IMG/VR virus record: IMGVR_UViG_3300039305_000010
Location: 1-28,658 of that record
Length of the DNA stretch: 28,658 nt
Origin: a virus
Lineage: Duplodnaviria; Caudoviricetes
Reading direction: 5' to 3' (one strand)
The translations under genes were made by a program, and so were the position numbers. The notes under the pieces are model-generated. The model was not told where the DNA came from. It ran no database searches and was given only the letters and a program-made list of their open reading frames with translations. Shown one piece after another: positions 25,496-28,658 of the stretch; the stretch's first letter is position 1, and each line of letters starts with the position of its first letter.

Positions 25496-25739
25496 GTTCG
25501 ACCGGCCCGCCACCCTCCCCGCTGAGCTGCACTGGAATGAGCTTGGGATAGATGCTGGACCAGAAGGTCGCCTCGTTCTTCGGGTCTTCCATTGCCCAGG
25601 CGATGATGCGCTCATGCCCGCCGAGCTCGGCAGCCGCTTGCGCGATGGCGTCTCTGGCCGCGGCTTTGGTCTTGCTGGCGGCAGCCTTCGGGCTGCTTCG
25701 CCCGGCGCGAGCTGGGTTTGGACCCTTTCTCTCAGTCAT
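25470..25739 (-). CDS. terS: terminase small subunit-like protein
   Basis: 89 aa overlapping terL start; LGG.ER..AWA...FW..IYPKLIP..LSGEGGGPV. Confidence 0.7.
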   Translation of the reverse strand: MTERKGPNPARAGRSSPKAAASKTKAAARDAIAQAAAELGGHERIIAWAMEDPKNEATFWSSIYPKLIPVQLSGEGGGPVEHGLTIRFV

Positions 25740-25771
25740 CTGTGTCTCCCGACTCCCCGTTCAGGGGTTCG

Positions 25772-25990
25772 TCAGCGTGGCCGGTTGGGATCGTAAGTGA
25801 GCCGGGACAGGGCCTTGAGGTCGCCCACGCTCACGCGGTCGCTTTCCAGGATTGCCCAGTCGATGAGGCCCAATGCGAATTGCTGCTGTCGGTGCAGCCG
25901 CTCCTTGGCCGTGCCCGTTGCCGGCACGTGATCCCTTGCCGCGATCAGCGCGAGCAGCACATCGTGCGGGCTGACACAGGAACGGTCCAC
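25772..25990 (-). CDS. hypothetical protein
   Basis: 72 aa, GTG start right after upstream stop. Confidence 0.4.
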   Translation of the reverse strand: MDRSCVSPHDVLLALIAARDHVPATGTAKERLHRQQQFALGLIDWAILESDRVSVGDLKALSRLTYDPNRPR

Positions 25991-25991
25991 A

Positions 25992-26204
25992 TCAAGTCTC
26001 GATTCTTGGCATTGCGACGTGCCGGCAAAGATCGTGCGGAACGAAGCGAAGGTGGGTGTCCAGCGCCCAGAAGCCGCTGTCCGTCTCGGCGATGTCGCAG
26101 CGAAGGTTCAGCGGTCTTTCAACCTCCCCTGCTGCGATGGCGTGCGCGGCTTCCTGGGCCAATTGGCGGAAGATGTGCTGAAGGAACTCAGCGCGCGTCG
26201 GCAT
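25992..26204 (-). CDS. hypothetical protein
   Basis: 70 aa from MPTRAEF; overlaps upstream small ORF. Confidence 0.4.
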   Translation of the reverse strand: MPTRAEFLQHIFRQLAQEAAHAIAAGEVERPLNLRCDIAETDSGFWALDTHLRFVPHDLCRHVAMPRIET

Positions 26205-26280
26205 GATCGTAGCGCAGCAGGAATGCGCTTCCGCCAAGGATAAAGCCGATGAGCTGGGCGGCGAGGAAGATCTGGAACAT
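26188..26280 (-). CDS. 30-aa single-TM peptide
   Basis: MFQIFLAAQLIGFILGGSAFLLRYDHADAR with strong RBS AGGAGGGG. Confidence 0.5.
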   Translation of the reverse strand: MFQIFLAAQLIGFILGGSAFLLRYDHADAR

Positions 26281-26475
26281 TGTTTCCCCTCCTGAATGGG
26301 TCCGCCGGACGCAGCACAGGGCCAACCGCATCGCGCAGCATGGCTTGCAGATATTGCGTTTGGATGTGGGTCCGGCGGGTTCCGCGCCTCTGTGCCTGGT
26401 GCTGGGTCCGGCGGCGGAATCAAAAAGCGCCCGATCGGCCAGGTGCCGCGGGCGCATTTCCAAGAATTGAATTAG

Positions 26476-26504
26476 TGTTTAGCAGAAGAGGCTGAAAAAG
26501 TCAA
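26476..26504 (-). promoter_or_regulatory. sigma70-type promoter facing the terminase/late operon
   Basis: AAAAAATTTTG-TTGACT-N17-(GC)TAAACA. Confidence 0.6.
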
Positions 26505-26638
26505 CAAAATTTTTTGCATCCACTCGCAGAAGCCCGATGCGAAACCCGGGTACTCGACTGCGGGATTGCTTTGTGGAGCGGCGCTCGACCACCAGCTTCT
26601 GTTGTGTGGCTCTTATGTCCGAGAACCAGCCGACCGCT

Positions 26639-26959
26639 TCATACCTCCCTGCACCAAATCTGCCGTGGGGGAGCCGGCGCTTCTCGCTCCAGTTGCTCGC
26701 GCCAACCAAGCGGAAATTTATTTAATTTCATGCTAATCATAGATAATAAAGCTTTAAACCCCTCATCAAGTTCACCCGTTGCTACCGCTTTTCCTACAGC
26801 GTCTTCGAATATCAGGAAGTTTTCCTCGTAAGTTATTAAATCTACCTTTTGAGCGTAGACATGCATTACATCGTCCCACCGCATTATTCGTGGCCTAAGG
26901 CCTTTATCGAGTAGGATCGCTTCGTCACTCACATGGACTGATGTCTTCAACCACCCCAT
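26639..26959 (-). CDS. orphan immunity-like protein
   Basis: 106 aa, AT-rich; W-x-D-V-x2-V-x-A-x-K-x-DL-x-T pattern; starts 8 nt after the stop of an orphan toxin tip. Confidence 0.6.
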   Translation of the reverse strand: MGWLKTSVHVSDEAILLDKGLRPRIMRWDDVMHVYAQKVDLITYEENFLIFEDAVGKAVATGELDEGFKALLSMISMKLNKFPLGWREQLEREAPAPPRQIWCREV

Positions 26960-26967
26960 AACGACCC

Positions 26968-27200
26968 CTAATAACCGGTGAGCCAATCATACACCTGCTC
27001 GCCTACCCTGTAGCCTGCGTTTCCGCCTGCTATCGAGCCAGCTATGCCACCAGCAGGGGCTGTCACAATAGCAGCGGGCCCACCGAAAGCTCCGAGAGCC
27101 GCGCCCCCCCCGCACCGCCAACAACTCCCCCAACACCTGCGGCAACATTTGCAGCTGTCGCACGAAGAGGATCATTCGAGGTGGCAATATCCGCGGCTCC
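26968..27200 (-). pseudogene. orphan glycine-zipper (pore-forming-type) toxin C-terminus
   Basis: GAADIATSNDPLRATAANVAAGVGGVVGGAGG/AALGAFGGPAAIVTAPAGGIAGSIAGGNAGYRVGEQVYDWLTGY*; one frameshift in the C8 run 27104-27111; no start. Confidence 0.65.
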
Positions 27201-27205
27201 TCGTA

Positions 27206-27520
27206 TCAACAATCGATAGATGGCTCGCACTTCTTCAGGAGCGCTCGCAAATCGTCTGACTCGTCGGCCTTTGCGCCAAGGAAACGACGCACAAACTGCT
27301 CGAGCTCGGCTGGACTCTTGGATCGGCTTTCATCTTCCAGGATGACAACCCGGTCATCCACTGATGTCAGCCTGTAAGGCTCCCCCTCGGGACCCCATGC
27401 ACGGGGGTACTCGCCGTCGTCGACGTCGATCGCTTCCAGATAAATCTCGGCTGCCTCCACAGAGCTGAAGAATGCTGGTCCGTCCACAGCCTCTACGATC
27501 AACTGGATTTTATCGTTCAT
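27206..27520 (-). CDS. cognate immunity protein (putative)
   Basis: Acidic 104 aa directly after toxin; FSSVEAAEIYLEAIDVDDGEY..AW..EG motif. Confidence 0.65.
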   Translation of the reverse strand: MNDKIQLIVEAVDGPAFFSSVEAAEIYLEAIDVDDGEYPRAWGPEGEPYRLTSVDDRVVILEDESRSKSPAELEQFVRRFLGAKADESDDLRALLKKCEPSIDC

Positions 27521-27557
27521 CAAGTTACCCTTCCCTACCGGTCGATCACAGCGTCCT

Positions 27558-28658
27558 TCAGAACCTATCCCAGAAGCTGGTATCGGGCGACTTCTTCTCC
27601 CAAGGACGATGCCGGCGCTTGCCCTGCCCTGCTCCCTTTCCGCGGCGGTGATAGTGGGGCCATTTTCCCTGCGGGTGAGGCGTACGATTGCCGAAAGGTG
27701 CGATCCGCAAATTCTCTCCTATCTTCAACTCTCTTCCAAGCCTTGCGGCGGTGACGAGTCCCGGCATTGAAGCCGCAGCCGCCGCTGCAGCGGGAGGCCC
27801 GAAAGCGGCATAATATTCGAGGTTTGGCGCTGGATTTCTCCAGTTAAGATTTGGAACATAGCGCCCGTTTTGCACGATCCAGGGCTCGTCCGGCGTCGAG
27901 GCCTTCTCGTAAGCAGTTTTCGATTGAATCGCTTGGTTCGAAGCTCTTCCTCCCGTCCCTCCTTGGAATGCCACCGGCCGCATAAACTGCGTCGGCATAT
28001 CCTCGCCTTCCCAGAAGAGGGCAGCCGGGCGCAGATTTTCTGCCTCGGCTTTGGCTCGTCCGAGAGCGCCGGCTTCTATGGTCGCCGGCCCGCGGCCGAA
28101 GCCTCGGCCCTCCTCCTCGGTTGCTGTTGGGAACTCGCCGTCAGGCGAGTCCAGATCCGGACGAACATCGGCGCAAACAAAGCTGGCAGGTCCTTGCATC
28201 ACGAAGTTCCGGACGGCGCTGCCCCATTCGCGGGTTCCGCGCTGCGCGAGCTGGTCGGCATAGCCTTCAGCCTCGGCTCGAAGGCCGCCAATCGGCGACC
28301 GGCTGAGGCTTCCACCGGCTGCACCCGGCACCCCGAGCAGCTGGGGATCGCGGGCAAGTGCCGGCGGAAACCGCGGGCCGTTGCTCGGTGGCTCGAAAGG
28401 CAGACCACTTACGCCCGCTGGTGCGTCCCCTGGCAAGGAAAGCTGAGCGGGCTGCACCAGGTTTTGCGTAAGCGGTTCGCCCGGCGGCATCCGCAGCAAG
28501 TCTTGGCTTTGCGGGCTGCCGCCAAGCTCGCCTGCGAGCCCGGCAAGGCCGGCAAGCTCGGCCAGGCGCCGCTGCTCCTCTTCGCCGACGTCGCGCGTCC
28601 TGCCAAAAAGCCCGACCGGGCCGCCGCCGCCTCGCAAGTCGCCGAACAAACCAGCCAT
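27558..28658 (-). CDS. polymorphic toxin-like effector
   Basis: Low-complexity N-part; basic C-terminal domain GRELKIGENLRIAPFGNR...PHYHRR...RHRPW of a type I recognise from Rhs C-termini; followed by immunity-like genes. Confidence 0.65.
   Translation of the reverse strand: MAGLFGDLRGGGGPVGLFGRTRDVGEEEQRRLAELAGLAGLAGELGGSPQSQDLLRMPPGEPLTQNLVQPAQLSLPGDAPAGVSGLPFEPPSNGPRFPPALARDPQLLGVPGAAGGSLSRSPIGGLRAEAEGYADQLAQRGTREWGSAVRNFVMQGPASFVCADVRPDLDSPDGEFPTATEEEGRGFGRGPATIEAGALGRAKAEAENLRPAALFWEGEDMPTQFMRPVAFQGGTGGRASNQAIQSKTAYEKASTPDEPWIVQNGRYVPNLNWRNPAPNLEYYAAFGPPAAAAAAASMPGLVTAARLGRELKIGENLRIAPFGNRTPHPQGKWPHYHRRGKGAGQGKRRHRPWEKKSPDTSFWDRF

Noticed and set aside
26466-26483. CtrA box overlapping the late promoter
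   Set aside because: At least two mismatches to TTAA-N7-TTAA in an AT-rich stretch.

Overview
Late (structural and lysis) region of a P22-like podoviral prophage in a GC-rich host, probably an alphaproteobacterium of sphingomonad type (inferred from NepR-like and DUF6894-like genes). The core runs on the minus strand: terS, terL, portal, scaffold, coat, adaptor, tail fibre, gp10-like tail hub, GNAT-like protein, ejection proteins, then SAR lysozyme, holin candidate, trypsin-like protease and Rz/embedded Rz1. Cargo interrupts it heavily: six glycosyltransferase-like genes, two morons, and two polymorphic-effector loci. The effector at 27558-28658 has conventional protein immunity plus an orphan tip/immunity pair. 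The most unusual signal follows the effector at 8697-10799 (LPD3/BECR-like C-terminus), which has no immunity ORF. Instead there is an array (about 7530-8790) of six modules, each an antisense sigma70-type promoter (TTGnnn-N17-TA(T)nnn, one degenerate) placed just before a 45-90 nt stem-loop, interleaved with broken tips of alternative BECR-like domains. I interpret this as a candidate polymorphic toxin system with an orphan library of RNA antitoxins. A 39-aa NepR-like anti-sigma ORF, missed by the ORF track, sits in the lysis cassette. All family assignments are by motif recognition, not database search. Several homopolymer frameshifts could be sequencing errors.
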